From Centroscyllium fabricii (Eukaryota): a stretch of 64,000 nt of DNA. A model generated the notes under the pieces. The model did no database searches, was not told the DNA's origin, and saw nothing but the letters and a program-made list of their open reading frames with translations. A program made the translations under genes and the position numbers. The stretch lies in NCBI GenBank assembly GCA_051313645.2, contig JBNRSN020000015.1, positions 44,640,001-44,704,000 on the forward strand, given 5' to 3'. Below, piece after piece: positions 37,151 to 49,790 of this stretch (the first letter of the stretch is position 1; every line of letters begins with the position of its first letter).

Positions 37151-38400
37151 CTAAGCAAATCTGCCCAGGATGATTGTGTTCCCTGCAGCCCGGACAGCAA
37201 TGGTCTCACGTAACGCTCGCTCTGGTTGACGGGCTTCTGCAGGATGCTCGTTTGCGGACTCCTCGTCCTCCTCCTCATCATCATCATCATCATCTGAGGA
37301 GGATATGCGAGGAGCCTCTTGGTCGTCAGGCATCTGCAAGCAACGACACTGTGCCACGTTGTGCAGTGCACAGCAGACCACGACCATTCTGGAGACCCTG
37401 TCTGCTGAATACTGGAGGGCTCCACCTGATCTATTTAGGCATCTGAAGCGCATCTTCAGAAAACCAATGGTTTGCTCTATAATGCATCTGGTGGAAATAT
37501 GGCTGGAGTTGTAGCGCTCATCAGCCTCGTTGGCTGGCCTCCTCAACGGCATTATTAGCCAAGTCTTATGGGATAGCCCTTGTCCCCAAGTAGCCATCCC
37601 TCAAGTTTGTGTGGCGGGCTGAAGAGCGGAGGCACAGGAGACTGGTGCAGGATGGAGTCATGGCAGCTGCCAGGGTACCTGGCACAAACATGCAAAATCT
37701 CCTTGTGGTCACACACCAGCTGAACATTAAGGGAGTGGAAGCCCTTGCGGTTGACAAAAGCCCCTGGGTTAGCATGGGGTACCTTAAGGGCACATGTGTG
37801 CAGTCAATGACGCCCTGCACCCTTGAAAAGCCTGCCAGACGAGCTAAGCCAATCGCTTGCGCCCTGACATTTGCGTGATCCCTGGTGAAATGGATGTGAT
37901 TGTGCGTGAGGGCAAAGAGGGCATCGGTTACCTGCGTGATGCAAGTGTGCACGGCTGACTGGGAAATGCCGCTGATATCTGCTGCTGATCCCTGGAATGA
38001 GCCTGAGGCAAACAAGTTGAGTGCGGTGGTGACTTTGATGGCCACTGGTAAGGAGTGTCCAACTCGTGCTCTGTGCTCCAGGGCTTTCTACAGCATTGCG
38101 CAGATGTCAGTCACTACCTGTCGCGAAAGCCGGAGCCGCCCATGGCACTGCCACTCAGTCATATTGAGATAACTGACCCTGCATCTGTAGAACCTGTTTG
38201 GGGGGTATCTCCTGCGCCGATGGGCTTCCACGCACTGGCCCCTTCTGGCCTGTGCTGCCTCCGGCTCCTGCCTGTCGCTCCTGGTTCTGTTGCTGCTGCT
38301 GTTGTTGCTGTATCTGCTGTTGTTGCTGTATCTGCTGCTGCCGCTTCTGCCGTTGGAGATCCTCTAATGCCAGGAAGGGAAGGAAAAAAAGGCCTCCCAT
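37151..38400 (-). pseudogene. Harbinger DDE transposase (HARBI1-like, DDE_Tnp_4), disrupted
   Basis: Fragments in different frames: KVTTALNLFASGSFQ...[84 protein letters not shown]. Several frameshifts and an in-frame stop. Q-rich N-terminus from ATG 38400. Confidence 0.92.
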
Positions 38401-40569
38401 GCTTCTGGTGCCTGCCTCCGCTGAGGTAGCACTGACTGAGGGTATAGCACTGAGTGAGGGTGGACAGAGGGCTTTCCCAGGAGGTCACACTGCAGAAGTG
38501 TGTGGGGCTGGAGCCTTCTGAGGGACTGGTGAAACCTGCAACAAGTTGCCCCAGGCCTGAGACTGACTGGCCTTGGCCTACCAGCTGCCAATGAAGGCAG
38601 CTTAAATGTGGATCATAATGATGGACCTGCTGCTGATAATCAGGGAGCCGATTATGTTCCTGCGGGGTTTCAGGATGGCGGGTTTTGGGTGGGAAACGTT
38701 TTAAAATAGCCGGAGGCCCTTAAAATGGGATTATCCATAGCAATTAAGGGCCCTTAATGAGGATTACAAACATTCCCACTGGTGGTGGGCGGGAAAGATT
38801 TGGACCGGTTAGACACGCCGGACGAAAATTGCAAAGCGGCGAGGATCCGGCAGGAGGGGTCGGGACCCCCTGGTTTTGTGATTTTTAAGCCCCGCCCCGC
38901 CGGAAACTCGCCCTCATGGTCCTCTGAAAATCCCCCCCCATGGTTTTTGAATGTGTAAAGATCCAACTTGCATTATGAACTGCAAACCTACACAAAGAAG
39001 GCAAACAAGAGAACGGAAAGAAAGAGAGATGGGAGTAGAAGAGACAAAGGAAACAAATGGACGAAGACGACTAATTCCAAAAGAGGGCAGAACTGTAGCG
39101 AGGGAAAAGTGGATAATATGTTCTGAAAAAGAGATAGATAAATTAAATTGAAATGATGTAAAAAGACATATTGAAAGTAAAAAGACATATTGAAAGCAGA
39201 TTCTGTATCTGTGAATCACTGGACATTGCAAATCAAGTCACATCTCTTAAATTTGAAAATGTATCCATATTTCCATGTATCTTTAAATGATGTACTAAAG
39301 GTTATTGTGCCCTTTCAATATTCAAATCAGAAATATCTCCAGTATAAAACCAGTGTTATTAAATGGAAAATTTTAATTGACGACATTGATTTTTAAATTT
39401 ATTTTGAAGGTAACAACCTACCCTCACAACAGAGTCTTTTGTTTTGTCAGCTTTCCCCGCCCTTCATGAAAATGCCGACTCTTATTGGGGCTGCCCTCCA
39501 GTACCTTGCCCAAGTGGCCATTCTTCTTGTATGAATCTTTATGGTGAGTATCAGCAGGCTTTTCCACTGTGTAGGTCTTCACAGCAGGGCCTGAACCTGT
39601 TTTCACTCGATGCAAATATAGTCACTGGATAGCAATTAGTAGCTGTAGTCCTGGCTGATTTCCCCCGCTGCCCCTTCTAAATCGAATGGCACTGGTATTA
39701 ATTGTAACAACCCTACTGCTGCCCTGGCTAAGCTTTACTAACTCAATGCAGACCAGGAATAAAACGGAACGTTTTGGTCTATATGGCTTTTTACAATATT
39801 GGGTAGAGTCTTCTTCCATTTTGCCACTGAGGGTGCCCTCTGCAAAAATAAATGCGATTTTTGCATTTGTTGTAGGACAAAGTGGGTAAAAAGTAAACAG
39901 CTGATTAATCTTTTGTTTCTCTTAACTTAATTTCTTTTGTAACAAAATGATTGTTAGGGGGAAGGTGTAACATTGATTACAGAATGGTTTAAAAACACAT
40001 GGGTTTTTCAAAAATGTTTCATAAGTCCAGTTGGTTTTTCTTGGTTTAGCTTATAGCAGGACTTGAGTTGACAGTAAAGTTGCATTGCCCAGTACCATTA
40101 ATTGGGGTGACAGTACTGTTACAATGGAAGTGCTATCTGCTTTAAGTATAAATCCAAGTCCTTAATAGAATGTATGCCCACAATCATGGAAACTGGTTCC
40201 TCCCATTATCAATTTCCGCACTGATAGAATTAATTTCAGCTGCCGGAAATGGTCGAACTCGGGAACAAAATGTGGCGTCAGTTTCAAGCTAGGCTCACCA
40301 CAAAAATAAATTACTTTCAAATCGAGCAGATAGTTTACTAAGACTGAGGTATTCCAGTTCATCAAGCCTACTAATAACAGTGAATCCCCTAAGTGATTAT
40401 TGTTTTGTGCTAAACAGTATTTCATTGAGAGAGTTCCAACGGTTTTACGCAAAAAGCCTTGACCCCCCCTCCATAATTAAACTTTCTTTTGTTTGTGTGT
40501 GTGTCGAGGGGGAGGGGCAGGGGGTTTAAAAACGGAACAGAAGGACAAGATAGTTGACAAAATAGTAAT

Positions 40570-41276
40570 GGCCTGGATTTTGGGGGGGTAATCACAGAAA
40601 AACTGTCAGTGTTCACTGTCATTACCCCTCTGAAACTCACCGTAACCTCAGGACTCAACGCTTGCGCAGATAAACATGGAAATCCTAAAGTTGCGGTCAG
40701 TCATTCCCTGCTCCGCCACAGGCTGCACTGTGGAAGTCACCGTAGCCAGCAATCAGTGAAATCGCTTGAACTGATGAAAATTTCCCCTTTTCCGTTCTAA
40801 TATCGCTGTTAAACACCCCATAAAAAGTTGAGCCTTGTTGAAAGATGTGTAACTTGGGTTTTAACAGCATATTGACTGCTGAACAATTGCTCTGGTCCTG
40901 AAAAACGAATCTTATATTTGTGAAATGCCAAATTTCTCCATTATGTTCAAATTACTAGATTTTAAAATAAATATGTTTTTTTAAGTTTGTTTATGATATT
41001 TCAGCTTCTACCTTAACCCCATGTGTATGTCCCAATCTTTATTTTGCTCTAAAAAAAATTCAAGTGAATGATAAAGCTGCTTTTTATTTCCTGGTTTGCT
41101 GTCTGAGAATATTTCAATATGGTTGGCTGCTTAGATAGCTTGATGACATGACTGCTGCTGTACGCTGGAGATCCCCTTTTGACAGTGATACAAACAAATT
41201 AAGGTCGAGAAAGCTAAAAATTTTGCCACAGAGATCGCGAGATCTTTGTGGGCAGCTTTACCGCAAATTCCGGGCC
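40570..41276. mobile_element. Non-autonomous TIR element with Harbinger-like termini
   Basis: GGCCTGGATTTTG ... CAAATTCCGGGCC inverted ends, similar to the GGCCGGAATTTT end at 8149; no coding capacity. Confidence 0.6.
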
Positions 41277-41369
41277 ATTGTGTTAGCACATTGTGGATAA
41301 TTGCACATTGCCTATAATATTTTTCTCTCATCATTTTTTAACTTCATCGCTGAACTATAGATTGGATGA

Positions 41370-41955
41370 ATGTAAGAAGTCACACAACACCAGGTTAAAG
41401 TCCAACAGGTTTATTTGAAATCACAAACTTTCGGAGCATTGCTCCTTCGTCAGGTGAAGTGAAGAGATGCATATAGGCACAGCATATATAGTCAGAAAAC
41501 AATGCTAGATGATTACAGGTCATTTTTCTAGCTGCCCTTTATCACACCTCGGCAGAGAGATAATCACAGCAATCAAAGGTGTGAATGGTGTCCAAACAGG
41601 TCAGTCATACAGACCCCAGCATGTGCAACATTTGACCCCATGTGACCTCACCTCATTGTTCTTTGTTGGAATGTTTTCCTAAGACTGACCTGTTTGGACA
41701 CCATTCACACCTTTGATTGCTGTGATTATCTCTCTGCCGAGGTGTGATAAAGGGCAGTTAGAAAAATTACCTGTAATCATTTAGCATTGTTTTCTGACTA
41801 TATATGCTGTGCTGAAATGCATCTCTTCACTTCACCTGACGAAGGAGCAGCGCTCCGAACGCTTGTGATTTCAAATAAAACTGTTGGACTATAACCTGGT
41901 GTTGTGTGACTTCTTACATTTGTCCACACCAGTCCAACACCGGCACCTCCACATC
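41370..41955. mobile_element. Non-autonomous Penelope-like element: inverted pLTR pair
   Basis: Arms about 41369-41606 and 41683-41920 are near-perfect reverse complements, each with a hammerhead-like core. 13-bp TSD ATAGATTGGATGA (41357-41369) / ATAGGTTGGATGA (41956-41968). Confidence 0.8.
41425..41453 (-). ncRNA. Minimal hammerhead ribozyme motif
   Basis: Minus strand CUGACGA-a-GGAGC-aau-GCUCC-GAAA-GUUU. The mirror copy on + at 41836-41860 has GAAC instead of GAAA. Confidence 0.6.
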
Positions 41956-44200
41956 ATAGGTTGGATGAGTAAGGTTGACCCAGATTATTACTAGGTGGGG
42001 GGTGGGAGATGCTGTCCATCAGTGTTTAAATCAGAGGTTGATGTAAATGAAGATTTTTCTTTTCTTTGCCACCCCACCCACCCCTTTTCGTTCTATAATC
42101 TCATGTCCCTGGGTCACATTCTTTTGAGTCCATCTTGGGCAGGTGCTGTTCTGAATTAGTCACAAGGATGTGCCAAGAGCAGACTGATAATACACTTGCC
42201 TCTAATGTTTCTTCCTTTGATTGTGAGGCAGCCCCTGGCCTCTGCTCATAGAAACATAGAAGATAGGAGCAGGAGTAGGCCATTCGACCCTTCGAGCCTG
42301 CTCCGCCATTCAATGAGATCATGGCTGATCATCCAAACCCAGTACCCTGTCCCTGCCCTCCCCCCACATCCCTCGATCCCTATTGAGCCTGCACTGACAC
42401 ACATCCCACCCCAGTAGGATTGAGACTGTGAATGAAGGGATGTTGAACCCATGCCTCATCCCTCCATCCCCTTTATGCTTCACTATTGGTGGCAAAGCCA
42501 TTTTGCTGTGGAATTTTCCTAAACCCCTCTCCACTTATTCCCTCTTGCTACTTCTCCATCCACCTTTAAAATCTCTTTTTAACAAAAAATCCTATCTCTT
42601 TAACTGAGCTTTCAGTCACCTCCCATATCTCCCTATCTCCTGCTCGGCGTCAGTGGATTTGTAGTTACAATAACCTCAATGTCACGTGGCCTCCGTCTAC
42701 AATCATCCCCAGCATTATTAACGGTAAAATGTTGAAAATTAATGCATTATGTAGTCTAAATAGAAGTGCTAGCTTGGATGTAATCAGATTTGGGTGAAAT
42801 AAACACTGGAACATGAGCGAATACATAACTCGCTCTCCCTCATTCCTGACTCCTGTCTTGTGCTGGTTGATATGGTCTGAATTTTTGTAGGACAATTTAA
42901 GAACAGGAAAAGCCCATCAATGAATAATCCCACTTCACCTTCCAGCATCCTATACATTCTATAACACTGCCACTTCCCATTAATATTTTGTGTACAAATT
43001 GCACTGTACATGGTTGTGCCTTAAAGTGACTAATGGGAGAAGCAGTCTCCAGGCCGAGCACCTGCATATGATGCAGATGTCCAATAAAAACTACTCTTAA
43101 TGTGGTAAGGTGATGCAGCTTACCCCAAAGTGTTAGCAAGCAAGTTCGCTCCCACAAATTCCCAACACATGTCTGTTACCAATCTTGACCATGTAATGAA
43201 ATGGAGGGTGCCCATTCCCACAGGAGTGTATCACCTAATACTGGGTCACTCCCAATATCAGCGGTACTAGGCTGCCCACACATCCTTAGCTAGGATATGA
43301 AGGCTTATGACCTAGAGGGATCTGGAAGATGGAGTTAAATTCAGAAACACTTTGTCAGAGTCTCAACACTGCAGCTTACAGCCAGGAGTCTTGCTCTGTG
43401 CTTATCCTGTGGCTTGTCCTAGTTGTGTACATGAATCTATTATGTGACATTCACCATTATTAAGGGTTTAGCAGTAAAAAACAAATAGTGATTCAGCTTT
43501 GTTTTAATATTGCTTTATTATAAAGTGTAATTAATATATTTTCATGTTTATTTTTTGATCCTTTAACACTTTACTGTTTTTGTTGTATTTGACTTATTTT
43601 TGTAGTTTATGGTCATAAGAATATAAAATCTGGAGTGAGAAAAGAACATTCAACCCATCAAGCTTGGCCCATTCAGAGTCTTCATATAATTCTACCACCA
43701 CCAACTATTGATTTCCTACTTTAAGGAACATTAACTTTCTTCTACATCTTCAACCCTGCTTCTCAACAGACAATGTTTCAGCTCCCTTTTGGACATGCTA
43801 ATTGACCCTGAATTAACTACCTTCTCTGGGAGTCTGTTTCACATGTCTCCTATCCTCTGTTCTGGGAGTTTTCTAATCTCTCACATTTATCAGTGTCGTT
43901 ATAAATTGAATTATGACTTATCGTGATTTTTAGTGGCTATTATAAAAGATGTTTGTGGAAACCAGTGGACATTGTCACACTGCCTTTTCCTGTTCAATAA
44001 CTGGAAGAAATTCTCTGTTCATTACTGCTCTGTGGCTAGTAGACATTTCAACCCTAGCAGCGCACTGTATCAATGGCAAAGAGCACATAGAAACATCTTT
44101 CAAGTCAATCAAATCTCTTCTGATTTGATCCAATTTCTCCAGCATTTGTACATCATATACTAGCTCTCCTTAAATCAAGCTTTTGGTCACCTGTCCTAAT

Positions 44201-44343
44201 CAATGTTCCCTCGTTTTTTGGGAGGGCTGTGCGGCCCCTTTAATGGACTGCATGGCCCATTCAAACTTCCGCACCTGTGCGGATTTTTGCATTGTGAAGC
44301 CACCTCGCCAGCTGCATGGCCATGCAGCTTAAAGGGAACATTG
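44201..44343. mobile_element. hAT-type MITE (143 bp)
   Basis: TIR CAATGTTCCCT / AGGGAACATTG; perfect 8-bp TSD GTCCTAAT at 44193-44200 and 44344-44351. Confidence 0.9.
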
Positions 44344-45786
44344 GTCCTAATATGTCTTTACATGGCTCGGTGTCAAATTTTATCTGACAACACCCCTGTG
44401 AAGTGCTGTGGGACTTTTTATTCCATTAAAGATACAAAATAAATGCAAGTTGTTGTATTGTGTAAAATTCAGGCCTTTGTGACATGGTCTCTAACTCCAG
44501 TTAAGGCCCTAGAGTTTTAACCTCAAGTACTCATTCAAAAATTATGCCTTTGTATTAGTTTTTCAAATGAAAACTATACTTAAAAGCTTAAAATGTTTTT
44601 AAGCTTTTGCAATGGTAGTTTCCCCCAACATTGGAGCAGCCATTCTAAGGTTGGTTGTTCATGTAAATTGGTCATTGGTCACCAGGGCCTCTGCTCCACT
44701 AAAAAGTACATGTGGTGGTGATGCTTTTCATCGAGCAGTGGCAGTTTGCTAAGAAGCTGAGATTGACTGTTCCAGCATCTCAACTCTCACTAGGGGGTCA
44801 ATAGTAATGAAGTAATTTTATTTTTAAATTTCACCTCTTCCCTTGCAGCATAGCTCTACCTGAGTACTGCTGCATGCTTGACCAATATTAACTTTCTTTA
44901 ACTTTGGTGCGTTCTATCTTAGCTGGTCCTGAATGCTGATCTCCAGGATTTTCTCTCTTGGAAGTCAGCAGAGTGGCTCCCTAGTGCTTCATCTGAGAGA
45001 AAATGTTGGTAATGCTTGGTCAGGCTGTGTGTTATGAGGGTGGACCTTTCTACTTCCTTGGAGGTTGGGGAAGAAGGAGAAAGGGTCACTTACTGTTCGT
45101 TTCCCCCCCCCCCCCCCATTAAGTCTTGTTGATCAGTTTAGAAGTTCCTGAAACAGTCCTACCTGGTCTGTCAAAGAGTGACGAGCAGTTACAGCTGTGT
45201 TATAGTGGAGAGAAATTGGGGTTTAACTCCACCCCCCTCCTCACCACATTCCATTCAGACTGTGACTTACCACAAAGGAAACAACCTTGCAGAATATAGC
45301 AGCTTTGGATGGGAGACATTTATAAGGCTCAATGGCTTCAGGTGACATCAGCAGTGGAGATGGAGCTCAAGTATTTTGTGCTGCTTACCCCAATCCATTG
45401 TCTATGCTGCTGTTTTTGGTTCCCTTATTGTGCACAGTGGGAGAAGTGTAAAATCTTGAGTGAGTTATATTTGGATTCTGTTTGAAAATAAATGCATTGA
45501 ATTGATGCTACTGAGTACCGTAGGTGCGAGTGTTATGAAGTGAGCGAAGACTGCATTTTGAAATATGTTGAAATCAGGAGTCATTGCACAATAGCCTATC
45601 CTAACTCACTTGGCCAGGATCTCAAAACTGGAACTCCTTACCTCCCTCAGTCTTTACTTCATCATACAGTATCTGTAGTTTTAAAACCCAATCTTGGCAT
45701 CACTTACTCACTGATTTAGCTCACGTTCTCCTCTTTTCAACATTGGTGGTGTTTTGCACTATGAGCTAATAAATATCAAAGTGGTC

Positions 45787-46370
45787 TCCTACATCGGGGA
45801 GACCAAATGCAGATTGGGTGACCGCTTTGCGGAACACCTCCGTTCAGTCCATAAGGGGGACACCGAGCTCCCGGTGGCCTGTCACTTTAATCCTCCACTC
45901 CACTCCACTCCCATTCAGACCTCACTGTCTGTGGCCTGTTGCATTGTTCCACGGAAGCTCAGCGTAAACTCGAGGAACAACACCTCATCTTTCGCTTAGG
46001 CACTCTACAGCCCTCTGGACTAAACATAGAGTTCAACAATTTTAGATCATAACCTCAGCCCCCACCACATATATATGTTTTCTCTCTTTTTTCAATCCGT
46101 CTGGGCTTTTTTCTTTTTTCTTTACTCTGCCAGAACCGTTCACACCTATCCAGAGCCATCCTGTGTTCCTTGAATTTCTGATCTTTCCTTTGTTCTTTCA
46201 GCCCCCCCCCCCCCCCAACCTTTCCCCAGCAAGCTTTAAAATCTGTCCCCCTCCTGGCTGCTCCAGTTCTGAAGAAAGGTCATCGACCTGAAACATTAAC
46301 TCTGTTTCTCTCTCCACCGACGCTGCCTGGCCTGCTGAGTTTCTCCAGCGTTTTCTGTTGTTATTTCAAA
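45787..46370 (+). mobile_element. Penelope-like retroelement 3' fragment (GIY-YIG endonuclease C-terminus plus pLTR)
   Basis: YIGETKCRLGDRFAEHLRSV...PVACHFN, then RKLEEQHLIFRLGTLQPSGLNIEF, followed by pLTR with CTGAAGA...GAAA. Confidence 0.88.
46269..46300 (+). ncRNA. Minimal hammerhead ribozyme motif, sense to the host pre-mRNA (twin at 49690-49721)
   Basis: CUGAAGA-a-AGGUC-auc-GACCU-GAAA-CAUUAAC. Confidence 0.55.
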
Positions 46371-46439
46371 GTAAGGATTGTCCAGGCAAGAGATATTTAG
46401 GTTACCTTTCAAGAATAATTTTATCTTGAAAGTACTCTT

Positions 46440-47760
46440 AGGAACATAGGAGGCCATTCAACCTCTCGAGCCTGTTCAGCTATTCAGTGAGATCATGGCT
46501 GACCTGTATCCGAACTTCATCTACCTGCCTTGGCTCCATAATCCCTTAATACCATTGGCAGGCAAAAATCAATTGATCTCAGTTTTTAAATTATTAATTG
46601 AGCTAGCAGCTACTGTTTATTGCAGGAGATAGTTCCACACTTCTATGACCTTATGTGTAAACAAGTATATCTTAACTTCTTTCCTGAATGGCCTGGCTCT
46701 GATTTTAAGGTTATGTCCCCTTGTCCTAGACATCCCCATCAGCAGAAAATGTTTCTCTCTATTGATCCCATCAATTCCTTTCAAAATCCTAAAAACCTGA
46801 ATCAAACCACCCCTTAAGCTTCTATATTCCAGAGAATACAAGCCTAGTTTATGTAATCTCTCCTCATAATCTAACCCTTGGAGCCCTGGTACCATTCTGG
46901 TGAATCAGTGCTACAGGTCAATATATCCTCTCTAAGGTGTGGTGCCCAGACTGTACACATTACTCCAGATGTGGTCTAACCAGGGCTTTGTATAGCTGTT
47001 GCAAAACTTCCTCCCCTCTTATATTCTAGCCCAATAGATGTAAAGGCTAACATTCCATTAGCCTTTTTGATTATTTTTTGTACCTGACCACTGCATTTTC
47101 GTGATCTGTGTACATGGACCCCAAAATCTCCATGGACCTCCACTGTTCCTAGCTTTTCACCATTTAAAAATTATTCAGATCTATCCATTTTTTGTCCAAA
47201 ACAGATGACCTACCTCACACTTATCTGCATTGAAATTCATCTGCCACAGATTTGCCCACTCAATTGGTCTAACAATGGCTCTTTGTAATTTTATGCTCTC
47301 ATCTACACTATTTACTACTGTATACCACCTATCTTTGTGTCATCAGAAAACTTCGATATATGGCTCTCTATTGTGTTATCTAAGTCATTCATAAATATAG
47401 TGAATAGTTGAGGCCCCAGATCCTTGTGGGGCACCATTAGTCACTTCCTTCCAATTCAAGTGCATACCCATTATCCCTACTCTCTGTCTTCTCCTGCCTA
47501 ACCAATCTCTTAACTAGGTCAATAATTCGTCTTCAGTTCCATGAGCTTTAATTTTAGCTAAGTCTCTTATGTGGAACTTTATGGAATGCCTTCTGGAGGT
47601 CCATATAAACTAGTCATAGACATTCCCCTGTCTACTCCTTCAGTTACTTCCTCAAAATTCAACCAGGTTTGTTCATTATGGCCTACCCGTTACAAATCCA
47701 TGTTGGCCCTCTCTAAACAGCTCATATTTCTCTGTGCTCGGTCACTTTGTCCTAATTATA
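46440..47760 (-). mobile_element. CR1 LINE fragment
   Basis: MVPGLQGLDYEERLHKLGLYSLEYRSLRGGLIQVFRIL...SRTRGHNLKIR, with degraded RT upstream. Confidence 0.85.
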
Positions 47761-48544
47761 GTTTCTCTCTGTTCTTGCTACATATTGTACTTCAAACATA
47801 ATCACATGGAGCACTTTCTGTTTTGGACAGTATATGATTACATTTCAATGTTGAAGCAACAATGCAGTTGTATTGTGAATTATTGATCCTCAGCGTCACT
47901 GGTTTATGATAACTGAACAAGTAAAATGTTGTTTTATTGCATGGGGTTTTTGCCAGTGTTCTGTGGAATGCATTCTGCAATTCAGTTAATTTTGCATGAA
48001 AAATGAAAACCAGTGGCCTTGCTGATTGGTTAACAAAACAAATGAGAACAGGTTCCTTGGGGTCTAACTGGTAGAACAATGGGTAAACTCAGGCAGTGGA
48101 AATAAAGAAATTCTAATTACCAAGGAAAAAATGACAGCCTGCAGTCCAATACTTGTGTCTTCCGCCACCTCTAGGTGCTCAGTGTATTTATCTAGTGAGT
48201 CATTGAGGTATAAAGACCAAGAAAAGTTTAATCTGTTTTGGCCAAGCTGATCCCAGCTAGGGTAAGGGTGCCAGAATTGGCCTCAGTGCTTCTGGAGGAA
48301 AAAATAGACTCCGGGTCCCCACAACCACTGTTGGATGTGCGCATATGTGGATATCAGAGGAAGAGGACAGGATCCGGCTCGGTTGTGATGCGCTCTTAAG
48401 CTGAATAATGTAAAATGTTCACTCTTTTGGCTCGTATATAGCTCCTTGGACAAGGTACTAGATTGGTGGCACATGAAACTGTATTCCAGCAAGGATTCAG
48501 TGCTTTTAGGAGAGTGAGGAAGGAGAACAGAGAACATTTTTGGA

Positions 48545-48695
48545 CTTCTTCTTCTTCTTGTCGTATCTTCTTTCGAAGTGGTGGATGGAGTTTTTAACAG
48601 ACCGGTTAACGGTCTGCTTTTTGACCGCGCGTTAGCGCCTCCTCCGTGGTCACTGCCTGCTATTGCACCTGGTCTTCCCCGATGGTCTCCCATCC

Positions 48696-48728
<33 letters not shown>

Positions 48729-48759
48729 CGAGGTCGATTTGGGATCGGGCGTTCAAAGC
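48545..48759 (-). mobile_element. Second 5S rRNA-derived SINE with a different body and (AAG)n tail
   Basis: Minus strand tgaacgcccgatc...ctcggaagctaagcagagtcaggcctggtcagtacttggatgggagacc...accaggtgc, then a unique body with a cagaccg/cggtctg hairpin and gatacgac(aag)n. Confidence 0.8.
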
Positions 48760-49351
48760 AGATTCTTCTGGAATGAGCAATGTTAGCAAATCATGCAGCA
48801 GATGTTTGAGTTGGTTAGCCTGTTTTCCCTCAGTTTTTTTGGGAGGTCTTTTCACGACTGCATTTTTTTTTTAGTTAACTTTGAATGCTGAAATAAAAAT
48901 CGAGAACACTGCTAATACACAGCAGATCCATCAGCATCTGAAGAAAAAGAGAGGTTAACACTTCTGAGTTCTGAAGAGGGTTGAGAGCTGAAATATTAAC
49001 AGTCTTTCGCTTTCAAATGGTAGAACAGTGGATAAACTCAGGCAGTGGAAATAAAGACATTCTAATTACCAAGGATAGCTGCACATTCCAGCATTTTCTG
49101 TTTTCATGACTAGAATCTTTCCAATCCTGGTCCAGGTAGATTCTGGAATCAGGCCTTCCAGAAACAAGCACAACTCTTCAACCACACTTGTAGGATGAAA
49201 TTCATCTTTACAAAAGAAAACAAAATAATGCCTGTTTTCCTTCAAAATTAATTGAAATTGCAGGAAATTGTAGCTTTGAAGTGATCTTGTTATCGGGTCA
49301 TTAATTACAGAGAAAAGCAGGCATTCTCCCAATTTTCCTTCTGAGGAATTT

Positions 49352-49790
49352 CACCTTATCTTTCGCTTAGGCACTCAACAGCCCTCTGGACTAAACATAG
49401 AGTTCAACAATTTTAGATCATAACCTCGGCCCCAACCACACTTTTTTATATATATATATTTTCTCTCTTTTTCAATCCACACTTTCATCTGGGCTTTTTT
49501 CTTTACTCTGCCAGAGCTGTTCACACCTATTCAGAGCCATCCTGTGTTCCTTCAATTTCTCCTAATATCTCTTACCTTCCCCGCCTTCTAGCCTGTTGCT
49601 GATCTCTCATTTGTTCTTTCAGCCCCCCCCCCCTTTCCCCAACCCCTACAAGCTTTAAAATCTATCCCCCCCATCTGGCTTCTCCAGTTCTGAAGAAAGG
49701 TCATCGACCTGAAACATCAACTCTTTATTTCTCTCCATCGATGCTGCCTGGCCTGCTGAGTTTCTCCAGCGTTTCCTGTTGTTATTTTGT
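49352..49790 (+). mobile_element. Penelope-like 3' fragment, same family as 45787-46370
   Basis: atctttcgcttaggcact...gccctctggactaaacatagagttcaacaattttagatcataacc through pLTR ending ctgctgagtttctccagcg. Confidence 0.85.

Larger units (their letters stand above)
34720..38939 (+). mobile_element. Full-length but decayed Harbinger/PIF transposon (about 4.2 kb; Myb gene on +, transposase on -, convergent)
   Basis: Termini GGGGGGAGATTTT / AAAATCCCCCCCC; two-gene layout typical of Harbinger. No clean TSD visible. Confidence 0.9.

Noticed and set aside
37151-38400. Domesticated HARBI1 gene
   Set aside because: Multiple frameshifts and a stop, flanked by TIRs and a partner Myb gene; a decayed transposon.
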